NCBI GenBank assembly: GCA_020848155.1
Contig: JADLAR010000017.1
Coordinates: 6,554 to 70,553, forward strand
Source: Candidatus Sumerlaeota bacterium
GTDB lineage: Bacteria > Sumerlaeota > Sumerlaeia > SLMS01
Reading direction: 5' to 3'
Length of the DNA stretch: 64,000 bases
The notes under the pieces are model-generated. The model made no database searches. It saw only the letters and a program-made list of their open reading frames with translations, and was not told where the DNA came from. Position 1 is the stretch's first letter. Each line of letters starts with the position of its first letter. The position numbers and the translations under genes are program-made. Shown in pieces: positions 8,822-17,097 of this stretch.

Positions 8822-9853
8822 ATGCCCATGCGACGAAACAAGCCTTCCGCATCCGCCTTCCTTGCTGCACTCGCAACCGCAGTCCTGCTCCTCTTCGCGC
8901 AGGGCATCCGCGCACAGGACGCCCCTGCGGGATCCGCGCTCCCTTCCCCCACGGTCGCGTTCTCCGGCGTCGCGGAAATCACCAGCAACAAGAAAAGCGC
9001 CGAAGTCGGCGAGCCAATCACGCTCACCATCAAGATTCCGCTCAACGGTGAGTTTGAGGATGTCGACCTCAAGCTGCCCGATGAGCAGAAGACCCAGTTC
9101 TTCATCTCCCGAAAGAAGGTCATCGGCCCCACGGAGTTCTCCGTGGAGGTGGCTCCGCTCCACAGCGGCGACCTCACCCTGGGTCCCGCGACCGTTTCAG
9201 TCCGCGCGAAGGGTGCGAAGGAAACCACCGACATGGTTTCCGGCACACTTCAGTTCAAGATCGCGGAGCCCACCGCCAAGGCAGCTCCCGATGAAAGGAA
9301 GGACTACAGTCCGCCCGAGACACTGCCCTTCAGCTACTTCTACCGGAACCTGATCTTCGTCGCCGCCGGTGTCCTCATCCTCATCATCTGCGTCGCGATC
9401 TTTGCGTATCTGTTCCTGCGCGCACGCAAGCGCGTTGTCATCACGCCCCCGGTGAAGACACTTCCGCCCGTGGACGAGGCACTGCTACAGGTGCGCGACC
9501 TGAAGAAACTCGAAACGTTCACGGCCCTCGGTGCGGAGAAGCATTACACGGCCCTGTCCATGACGCTGCGCCGCTACCTTCAGGAAACCTACCAGGTGAA
9601 CGCCACGGAGCGCACGGAGGACGAGATCGTTCACCTCCTACGCACGACCCTGCAAGCCACACCCCTTGCCAATACGCTTGTCAGCATCATGCAGCGCATG
9701 TCGCTTGCGAAATTTGCAAAGCAGGAGCCAACAGGCCAGGTCGCCTTCGAGGACTGCACCACCGCGGAAAACTTCCTCCTCAGCGAAAAGAATCGCGTTC
9801 GCACGATGGCATCCAGTCCCTCACCCCCACAGCAGGAGGGACAGGCCGCGTGA
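8822..9853 (+). CDS. Hypothetical single-pass membrane protein in the Bat operon, at the DUF4381-like position
   Basis: 343 aa with a signal peptide, a central TM helix (LIFVAAGVLILIICVAIFAYLFL) and a cytoplasmic C-terminal part. It lies between the DUF58 gene and batA, as DUF4381 proteins do in other Bat operons. Confidence 0.55.
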   Translation: MPMRRNKPSASAFLAALATAVLLLFAQGIRAQDAPAGSALPSPTVAFSGVAEITSNKKSAEVGEPITLTIKIPLNGEFEDVDLKLPDEQKTQFFISRKKVIGPTEFSVEVAPLHSGDLTLGPATVSVRAKGAKETTDMVSGTLQFKIAEPTAKAAPDERKDYSPPETLPFSYFYRNLIFVAAGVLILIICVAIFAYLFLRARKRVVITPPVKTLPPVDEALLQVRDLKKLETFTALGAEKHYTALSMTLRRYLQETYQVNATERTEDEIVHLLRTTLQATPLANTLVSIMQRMSLAKFAKQEPTGQVAFEDCTTAENFLLSEKNRVRTMASSPSPPQQEGQAA

Positions 9854-10866
9854 ACACGCAGGACATGATCTATCGCTTCCTGCACCCTTGGTGGCTCGTC
9901 GCGCTGCCGCTGCCGTTCGTGTGGCTCTTGATTCAGCGCCGCATGGAGCGGAAGCGGTCACCCTCGATCCTTTTCAGCGACCTGTCTGTGCTGGAGGGCA
10001 TTCCGATCACGTTCGCGCAGCGCGTTCACTACCTGCTGCCGTGGATCAGGTCCTTCGCGTTGCTGCTCGGCATCCTCGCCATGGCGCGCCCCCAGGCCGG
10101 GAACATCCAGTTCAACACGTCCTCCCTCGGCGTTGACATCGCGATGGTGCTGGACGTGTCGGGGTCGATGCAGGCCCAGGACTTTCGGCCAAACCGCCTC
10201 GAGGCGATGAAGGAGGCCGCGATCCGCTTCATCCGCAATCGCGAGTCTGATCGAATTTCCGTCATTGTCTTCGGCGAGAGCGCGGGGGTCCTTTGCCCGC
10301 CCACGCTGGACATGGGCGCCGCGGAGTTGTTCGTCGCTGCCATCCAGGACGGAATGATCCGCAACCACAGCACCGCCGTGGGCGAGGGACTCGCCCTCGG
10401 CGTGTCCAAGCTCAAGGACTCCTCCGCAAAATCCCGCGTCGCGATTCTCCTCACGGACGGTGAGAACAACTCCGGGAAAATTCCACCGATGCAGGCCGCC
10501 GAAATCGCCAAGTCCCTGAATGTGCGTGTCTATACGATCGGCATGGGCGATGACGGCAGCGGCGGCGCCACCATCATGATCGGTGGCCAGCGCGTCACCA
10601 TCCCCGGCGCTCCAGCGGGCACCCCCCCGGCACAGGACACGCTCAAGGAGATCGCAAGGATCACTGGTGGACAATTCTTCCACGCCAGCAACGAGCGCGG
10701 CCTGAACCAAATCTACGACGAAATCAACAAGCTGGAAAAGACCGAGATTGAAAGCACGCAAACCGCTGACTTCAACGAACGCTTCATGCTGTTCTGGTAT
10801 CCGGCGCTCTTCCTGCTCGCGCTGGAATTCCTCGCGCGGGCCTTCTGGCTGAGGAGGCTTCCCTGA
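9850..10866 (+). CDS. batA: BatA, vWA-domain membrane protein
   Basis: 338 aa with N-terminal TM helices and a vWA MIDAS motif (DVSGSM ... LLTDGENN). A GTG start overlaps the upstream stop (GTGA). Confidence 0.85.
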   Translation: MNTQDMIYRFLHPWWLVALPLPFVWLLIQRRMERKRSPSILFSDLSVLEGIPITFAQRVHYLLPWIRSFALLLGILAMARPQAGNIQFNTSSLGVDIAMVLDVSGSMQAQDFRPNRLEAMKEAAIRFIRNRESDRISVIVFGESAGVLCPPTLDMGAAELFVAAIQDGMIRNHSTAVGEGLALGVSKLKDSSAKSRVAILLTDGENNSGKIPPMQAAEIAKSLNVRVYTIGMGDDGSGGATIMIGGQRVTIPGAPAGTPPAQDTLKEIARITGGQFFHASNERGLNQIYDEINKLEKTEIESTQTADFNERFMLFWYPALFLLALEFLARAFWLRRLP

Positions 10867-11915
10867 TGAGTGGCGGCGGTTTCATCTTCCCCCAGGTGCT
10901 GTGGGGCCTTCTCGCGCTCGTGCCGCTTGTCGCGTTGTGGAGTTGGATCAGTTCGCGTCGCGAGGATGTCGTTGCACGCTTCGTGGTGCGTGAGAACTGG
11001 CCCCTCCTGAATCGCACCGTGTCGAAGAGCGCGCGCTTTCACCGCAGCGTCCTCATCATCATCGCGCTTTCCGCGTCCATCGTCGCCGCCGCCCGTCCTT
11101 GGTGGGGCAGCCGCGAGCGCCATCTCAGTTCGCGCGGAGTCAATGTCGTCTTCGCGATCGACGTCAGCAAGTCGATGGCAGCGGCGGACATCCTCCCCAA
11201 TCGCCTTGAAGCGGCGAAGCGCATCGTGCGCCAGGTGCTGCCCGAAATTCATGGCAATTGCGTCGGCATCATGCCCTTCGCCGGCGAAGCATTCCTTCAA
11301 TGCCCCCTGACCTCCGATTTCAGCATCGCGCAGGATGTCTTGCAGAAGCTCGATTTCGGCGCCGTCAGTTATCAGGGCACGGACATCCCACAGCTTCTCA
11401 ACACTGCCGAATCCATCTTCCTCCGCTCCGGTGCCGGAAGCCGCGCCCTTGTCATCATCACGGACGGAGAGGACCATTCCGATGCCCTCGCCGAGGCTGT
11501 CGAACGGGCCGCGAAGGAGAACATCCGCATCTATGCGCTCGGAATCGGGACCCCCGCCGGCGCTCCCCTTCGTATGCCGGACGGCTCCTACATCGAGGAT
11601 TCCGAAGGGCACAAAATCAATTCCAAGCTCAATACCGAGGTCCTCAAGGAACTCGCCGACAAGACTGGTGGCAGCGCCTACATTGCCGGTGAGACCGGGA
11701 ATCTGGATGTTGGCCCGCTCATCAACGACCTGCAAGGCCTCGCGAAGGGCGATCTGGGCGAGATGAAGCGCGTCGTGCACGAGGAGCGCTACCAGTGGCC
11801 GCTCGCCCTCGCGATCCTGTGCCTGCTGATCGAGCCCTTGATTCGGGAACGACGATCCGACAGCATCCGCAAATCACGTCCCGCACAGGAAAAGAAGGGA
11901 GCCGCATCCGCATGA
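10866..11915 (+). CDS. batB: BatB, vWA-domain membrane protein
   Basis: 349 aa with a vWA MIDAS motif (AIDVSKSM ... IITDGEDH). Its start overlaps the batA stop. Confidence 0.85.
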   Translation: MSGGGFIFPQVLWGLLALVPLVALWSWISSRREDVVARFVVRENWPLLNRTVSKSARFHRSVLIIIALSASIVAAARPWWGSRERHLSSRGVNVVFAIDVSKSMAAADILPNRLEAAKRIVRQVLPEIHGNCVGIMPFAGEAFLQCPLTSDFSIAQDVLQKLDFGAVSYQGTDIPQLLNTAESIFLRSGAGSRALVIITDGEDHSDALAEAVERAAKENIRIYALGIGTPAGAPLRMPDGSYIEDSEGHKINSKLNTEVLKELADKTGGSAYIAGETGNLDVGPLINDLQGLAKGDLGEMKRVVHEERYQWPLALAILCLLIEPLIRERRSDSIRKSRPAQEKKGAASA

Positions 11916-13000
11916 AAGCGATCAGCATCACTGCCAGCGTTGCGGCCCTGCTCCTTGCTGTCGGCCACGCCGGCGCGCAGGACGCCACACCGCCCGCGGC
12001 TTCGTCGGCACCTGCACCCGCCAACAAGGAAAAACCCCAGGAGCAGATCGGTTTCACATGGTGGAACGACATTCCTGAAATGATTCGCCGTGGGAACAAG
12101 GAATACGACGGCAAGTCATACAAGGACGCAGAGGATTTCTACCGCGAGGCGCAGACCAGGAATCCCGATGCCGCAGCCGCCGCATTCAATATTGGTTTGT
12201 CGGAGGCTCGACAGGGAAACCACGACGGCGCCGCCGCTGAATTCAATCGTGCGCTGAATCTTGCAGGCACCGACGCGCATCTTCGCGCAAAGACGTTGTA
12301 CAATCTTGGCTCAACCCACCTCAACGATGCGCTGAAACTGTTGAATCCGCAGCCAGCCCAAGGGCAGCAGGCCGCACCCCAGAACCTTAGCCAGAAGGAC
12401 CGTGAAGCGGCCATCCAGGCCGCGCTCAGTTCCATCGACGCATACAACGGCGCGCTGAAACTGGCTCCGAACGACGAGGCGGCAAAGTTCAACAAGGCAC
12501 AGGCGCAGCACCTGCTTGAATTTGCCGCACAACCGCCTCCCAAGCAGCAGGACGAACAGCAGAACCAACAGAACCAAGATCCCAATCAGCAGGAACAGCA
12601 AAACCAGGATCAAAACAAGGGCGATCAGCCTCAAGAGCCGAAGCCCAAGCCGGAAGATCCACAGGACCAGAAGGACCAGCAGCAGCCCAAGCCTGATCAG
12701 AACGATCAGAATCAAAAACAACAGGATGCCAGCCAGGATCCCAACAAGAAGGACGACAGCCAACAAGGAAACCAGCAGGACGAGCAGAACAAACAAAACC
12801 AGGGCCAGCAGGACAAGAAGGAGCCACAACCGCAGCCCGAAGACCAGCAACCCAACGGGGCAAACAGCCAGGACAAACCGGCGGAGCTGTCAGAGGAGCA
12901 GGCACGCGAGCTGTTGAATCTGCTCGGTGATCAACAGAACATCGTGCTGCGCAAGGGTGGTCATCCCTACAATCGCCCCGACCCAAAGAAGGATTGGTAG
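11912..13000 (+). CDS. batC: BatC, TPR-repeat protein with a long Gln/Asn/Asp/Pro/Lys-rich low-complexity C-terminal insertion
   Basis: Signal peptide followed by TPR-like repeats (AAAFNIGLSEARQGNHDGAAAEFNRALNL ...). About 130 aa of low-complexity sequence (QQDEQQNQQNQDPNQQEQQNQDQNKGDQPQEPKPKP...) then follows. The ATG at 11912 overlaps the batB stop. Confidence 0.75.
   Translation: MKAISITASVAALLLAVGHAGAQDATPPAASSAPAPANKEKPQEQIGFTWWNDIPEMIRRGNKEYDGKSYKDAEDFYREAQTRNPDAAAAAFNIGLSEARQGNHDGAAAEFNRALNLAGTDAHLRAKTLYNLGSTHLNDALKLLNPQPAQGQQAAPQNLSQKDREAAIQAALSSIDAYNGALKLAPNDEAAKFNKAQAQHLLEFAAQPPPKQQDEQQNQQNQDPNQQEQQNQDQNKGDQPQEPKPKPEDPQDQKDQQQPKPDQNDQNQKQQDASQDPNKKDDSQQGNQQDEQNKQNQGQQDKKEPQPQPEDQQPNGANSQDKPAELSEEQARELLNLLGDQQNIVLRKGGHPYNRPDPKKDW
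12540..12900 (+). repeat. Cryptic simple-sequence (CAG/CAA/GAC/AAC-rich) low-complexity tract inside batC
   Basis: The DNA is visibly AT-richer and repetitive. It encodes the Q/N/D/P/K-rich segment of BatC. Confidence 0.5.
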
Positions 13001-13001
13001 C

Positions 13002-14945
13002 ATGACGTTCTTCCGCGCGTTGCAAGGCGCGCTTGTCTTCCTCGTCGCCATTGCCTGCGCACAGTTGCCAGCGCAGACGGCAACCCCGCGTCCCTTGCCA
13101 CCGGGAATTACCGTCACCGCATCGGTTTCCAATGAAACACCCGTGATTGGCGACCAATTTCAATACATCATGGAAGTCACCGGCAACGTGGGCGTGGATT
13201 CCTGGAAGGATCCCGACCTTGCAAAGGTCAGTGGCATGCGCGTGCGCAGCAACGCCGAATTTGCCCAACAGATGGAATACAAGAATGGCCGTTCCATGAT
13301 GACGTCGAGCCGTTCCACCATGCTGGAAGCAACCGATGTCGGCAAGTTCACAATCCCTCCCGGCCAGATCAAGATCAGCGGCATCTGGTATGCGACGAAT
13401 GAAGTCACGGTGATTGTTGGGGAAGTCCCGAAGCTCGCCGGGGACCTCGCTGGCATCATTTCCGCGCGGACTTCCTCCTCTGAAATCAACAGCCAGTTGC
13501 AGGGAAAATACTTCGCGCTTGCGGAAACCCCCACAAAAATCTACCGCGGCCAGGCCGTGCCAGTGGACATCTACATCTATCGCGTGAAGAAACTTCCATC
13601 GCTCAACCAGTGGCAGATTCTGCCGGATCAAAACGACGGTGATGACTTCGTGCGCCCAAACGTTCGCGACCCGCGCATGCAGGCATCACAGCTCAATTGG
13701 GAAACCGTGAAGTTCGGTGGCCAGGACTTCGAACGCGTCCTCCTATACACCCAGTACATCGTGCCGACCAAGACCGGCAAGCTCCGCTTCACTCCCCCCA
13801 CACTGCAAGTCGAACTGCCTGTCACGCAGAAGGGTGGGGGTTCGCGCGACCCCCTGATGGACATGATGATGAATTTCCAACGCACCGTGTCCGCCACGCT
13901 TTCCATGCGCAGCGTCGACCTCGACGTGCTTCCGGTGCCTGACAAGCCCGGTGACGCGCTGTTGCAAGTCGTTGGCCGTGGGCGCGCGGATGTGACCATT
14001 GATCGCCAGGAACTTCCCCAGCGCGAACTGCTGACGTTAAAAATCTCCCTCGTTGGAAATGGCTTCTTCGACCTTATTTCGCAGCCGAAGGCACCGGAAC
14101 TTTCCGGATTCTCGCTCATCGACACGAAATCCAACTCCCGCATGGACATCACGAAGGGACTCCTCTTCTCCGACAAGTCCTTCGAGTATATCTATCAGGC
14201 TGCGGACGCGGGCGAAGTGACGATCCCGTCGTTCTCCTTTGCCTTCTTCAATCCTGCGGATGGAAATGCCGATTCGCAGAACGTCATGCGTTCCGATCCC
14301 CTGAAGGTCGTCGTCACGAAATCAACCGCCGCTGCTGTGCAAATCGGTGGCGTTGCGGCCAGTTCACCTGCCGGTGCCGCAGGCTCCCCGACGCCGAAAG
14401 CAGGGGCCAAGGTCCTCGGCAGTGATGTGTCCTACATCGACGTGAAGCCCCTCACCCTTGCCGGATCAAGCGCCCTCCCCTCTTTCTATCTCCGACCTTG
14501 GTTCTGGTTCGCGCAGTTCATTCCCTTTGTTGGCGCACTTGCCTACGGGTTGACCGCTATGCTTCGCCGCAATCGACGCGGTGAGAGCGATGAGGAGCGC
14601 GCCCGCAAGGGGCGCCGCGCCGCGGAGCAGGCACTGAAAGAGACACGCGCCAAGTTGAACGAGGGATCACGCGACGAATTTTACGCCACGCTCAGCAGGG
14701 GTGTTGTCACCTACATCGCTTCCCTGCTGGGGCGCTCCCCGCTCGGCCTGACGAATGAAGAGGCTGAACTCCAACTCACACAGCGCGGAAACTCCGACGA
14801 TGCGCTCCAGCGCCTGCGCTCCCTGCTGACCATGTGCGACACCATCCGTTACTCCCCCGCTGCGGACACTCCCGACGCCCGCAGGGCCGCCCTTGCTAAT
14901 GCGGAACGCCTCCTCGTGAATCTGACTGGAGGGAGGAAATCGTGA
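13002..14945 (+). CDS. batD: BatD-like protein
   Basis: About 647 aa with a signal peptide and a C-terminal TM helix followed by a basic region, which is BatD architecture. The ATG at 13002 lies 2 bp after the batC stop. Confidence 0.7.
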   Translation: MTFFRALQGALVFLVAIACAQLPAQTATPRPLPPGITVTASVSNETPVIGDQFQYIMEVTGNVGVDSWKDPDLAKVSGMRVRSNAEFAQQMEYKNGRSMMTSSRSTMLEATDVGKFTIPPGQIKISGIWYATNEVTVIVGEVPKLAGDLAGIISARTSSSEINSQLQGKYFALAETPTKIYRGQAVPVDIYIYRVKKLPSLNQWQILPDQNDGDDFVRPNVRDPRMQASQLNWETVKFGGQDFERVLLYTQYIVPTKTGKLRFTPPTLQVELPVTQKGGGSRDPLMDMMMNFQRTVSATLSMRSVDLDVLPVPDKPGDALLQVVGRGRADVTIDRQELPQRELLTLKISLVGNGFFDLISQPKAPELSGFSLIDTKSNSRMDITKGLLFSDKSFEYIYQAADAGEVTIPSFSFAFFNPADGNADSQNVMRSDPLKVVVTKSTAAAVQIGGVAASSPAGAAGSPTPKAGAKVLGSDVSYIDVKPLTLAGSSALPSFYLRPWFWFAQFIPFVGALAYGLTAMLRRNRRGESDEERARKGRRAAEQALKETRAKLNEGSRDEFYATLSRGVVTYIASLLGRSPLGLTNEEAELQLTQRGNSDDALQRLRSLLTMCDTIRYSPAADTPDARRAALANAERLLVNLTGGRKS

Positions 14946-15721
14946 TCTTCCGGCACCTCCTGTTCGTCCTTCTGCTCCTTGCAGGAACCGCAGCAGCGCA
15001 AACGGCCTCCTCCGAGGCGGTCACTGATCTTGCCTCCGCCAACAAGGTCTTCGAGGAAGGCAACCACGCCTTCGAACGTGGCGACGCCCGCGCGGCGCTC
15101 GATGCCTACATCAAGGTTGCCGAAAGCGGTTTCGGCGACGCACAGGTTTGGTCCAATGCCGGGACGGCCGCGTATCGCGCCGGCGACACGGGCCGCGCGG
15201 TCCTCTACTACAGCCGCGCGCTCCGCCTCGATCCCGGCTACGATCGCGCACGCAGCAGCCTCGGCGTTGTTTCACCTGCAACGAACAGCCTCGGCGATGG
15301 GTTCCTTACAGAAGTCATAGACACGCTTTTCCGCCGCACGCCGCCCGGATTCTGGTTCCTCGCGGCAGAGCTTCTCTTCCTCCTTTGCTGTTTTTCCATC
15401 GCCCGATTCCTTGCCGCCACCGACCGGGACAAGCGCGGCCACTGGTTTGCATCATTGTCGTGGTCGCTTGTCCTAACGCTTGCCTGCGTTGGCGTCGGCG
15501 TGGCCGACCATCATTTCCGCGCGGGTGGCAACAGTGCCGTCGTCCTCAGCGACAAGACAGTCACACGCAGCGAACCGCGCGAGGAATCCGTTGCGCAGCT
15601 TGAGCTTCCTGCGGGAACGATCGTGGAAATGACCGAGTCACCACAGCGGGGATTTGTTCGTTTCAAGCTGGCTGATGGACAAAGCGGTTACATTTCCCTG
15701 GATCAGATCGAGCGCATATGA
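14942..15721 (+). CDS. batE: BatE-like TPR/SH3b protein
   Basis: 259 aa with a signal peptide, TPR-like repeats (AYIKVAESGFGDAQVWSNAGTAAYRAGDTGRAVLYYSRALRLDP), a TM helix and a C-terminal SH3b-like segment. A GTG start overlaps the batD stop. Confidence 0.65.
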   Translation: MIFRHLLFVLLLLAGTAAAQTASSEAVTDLASANKVFEEGNHAFERGDARAALDAYIKVAESGFGDAQVWSNAGTAAYRAGDTGRAVLYYSRALRLDPGYDRARSSLGVVSPATNSLGDGFLTEVIDTLFRRTPPGFWFLAAELLFLLCCFSIARFLAATDRDKRGHWFASLSWSLVLTLACVGVGVADHHFRAGGNSAVVLSDKTVTRSEPREESVAQLELPAGTIVEMTESPQRGFVRFKLADGQSGYISLDQIERI

Positions 15722-16347
15722 GTTCCGTCATCATCGGCATTGCAGGCGGCTCCGGCTCCGGCAAGACAACCTTCGCGCAAAACCTCGTGAAGCAATTGGA
15801 CAGCGGGAACGTTGTCATGATCGGGCTGGACAACTACTACCTCGATCATCCCGAGTTGCCGATCGAGGAACGCGCGAAAATCAACTACGATCATCCCGAC
15901 GCCTTCGATTGGGACCTGCTGCTTTCGCATGTGAAGGCCCTGCGCGCCGGGAAGTCCATCGAGTCGCCCATCTACAACTACGCACTGCACGGCCGAATGA
16001 AGGAAACCACGCCGGTCAAGCCCGGCAAAGTCATCATCGTGGAGGGCATTCTTGTCCTTTACGACAAGCGGCTGGTCCAGCAGATGGACATCAAGATTTT
16101 CGTCGATGCGGAACCTGACGTGCGTTTCATTCGCCGCCTTCAGCGCGACATCGAGGAGCGCGGCCGTTCGCTCAATTCCATTGTTGATCAGTACCTGAAT
16201 GTGGTTCGGAAAATGCACCTTGGCTTCGTTGAGCCATCAAAACGTCATGCCGACATCATCATTCCCAAGGGCGGCCACAACGAGATTGCCATCGACATGA
16301 TCCTCACGAAAATCCGGTCCATCCTTGCCGACGGACACAAGTCGTGA
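15718..16347 (+). CDS. udk: Uridine kinase
   Basis: 209 aa with a P-loop (GIAGGSGSGKTT) and high similarity to Udk throughout. Its start overlaps the batE stop (ATGA). Confidence 0.9.
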   Translation: MSSVIIGIAGGSGSGKTTFAQNLVKQLDSGNVVMIGLDNYYLDHPELPIEERAKINYDHPDAFDWDLLLSHVKALRAGKSIESPIYNYALHGRMKETTPVKPGKVIIVEGILVLYDKRLVQQMDIKIFVDAEPDVRFIRRLQRDIEERGRSLNSIVDQYLNVVRKMHLGFVEPSKRHADIIIPKGGHNEIAIDMILTKIRSILADGHKS

Positions 16348-16859
16348 CGCGGGAAAAGCTGTCCTTCTGGAAGCAATCACTCCTCACCTTCATTGTCGGA
16401 TTCGTCGTTGATCACGCGACAAAATTCTGGGCGGAATTCGCGCTGAAGCCTGTCGGCTTCTCCGCCATCCACGCTCCCGCACCCGGCACGAAAATCCCCG
16501 TCATCACAATCATTCCCCATTGCCTGGAACTCCTGTACGCGGAGAACACCGGCGCCGCCTTCTCCATGCTCTCGTCCAGCACCGGCGTCCTGGCCATCAT
16601 CAGCATCGTCGCCTCCATCGCGCTCGTCTGGTATTGGACAACGCTTCCGACGCAGGAAAAGTGGGGGCGCTTCGCAGTGGCACTCATCCTCTCCGGCGCC
16701 GTGGGAAATCTTGTCGATCGCGTTTTCCGCGGCTTCGTCATTGATTTCGTGCACGCCTACTTTCGCCAGTGGTCCTGGCCGGTCTTCAACGTCGCCGATT
16801 CCTGCATCTGCGTCGGCGCGGGAATTTTGGCCGTGCGATTCCTGAAGAACAAAATATGA
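16344..16859 (+). CDS. lspA: Lipoprotein signal peptidase (signal peptidase II)
   Basis: 171 aa with four TM helices and conserved LspA motifs (NTGAAFS, FNVADS). A GTG start overlaps the udk stop. Confidence 0.85.
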   Translation: MTREKLSFWKQSLLTFIVGFVVDHATKFWAEFALKPVGFSAIHAPAPGTKIPVITIIPHCLELLYAENTGAAFSMLSSSTGVLAIISIVASIALVWYWTTLPTQEKWGRFAVALILSGAVGNLVDRVFRGFVIDFVHAYFRQWSWPVFNVADSCICVGAGILAVRFLKNKI

Positions 16860-17074
16860 ACTACGAGAACGCCGGGAAACTTCTCCTCGTTGCAGGCGCC
16901 GTGCTTTTCGCCATCGGCGGAATCGTTTGGGGGCTTGGCAAGGCCGGCTTCAAGGGACTTCCCGGCGACATCAACATCCAAAAGGGGAATTGGAGCTTCT
17001 CATTCCCCGTAGTGACCTGCATCGTCGCCAGCGTCCTGCTCACACTGCTGATGAATTGGATCAATCGAAGGTAG
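16856..17074 (+). CDS. DUF2905-family small membrane protein
   Basis: 72 aa beginning MNYENAGKLLLVAGAVLFAIGGIVWGLGKAGFKGLPGDINIQKGNWSFSFPV, which is characteristic of DUF2905. Its ATG overlaps the lspA stop. Confidence 0.6.
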   Translation: MNYENAGKLLLVAGAVLFAIGGIVWGLGKAGFKGLPGDINIQKGNWSFSFPVVTCIVASVLLTLLMNWINRR

Positions 17075-17097
17075 GAATGCCTGCCGCGCAGACCTGC

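Noticed and set aside
12540-12900. Considered whether the repetitive tract could be a CRISPR array or minisatellite
   Set aside because: It has no regular repeat-spacer periodicity, stays in frame within batC, and encodes low-complexity protein. It is a coding simple-sequence tract.
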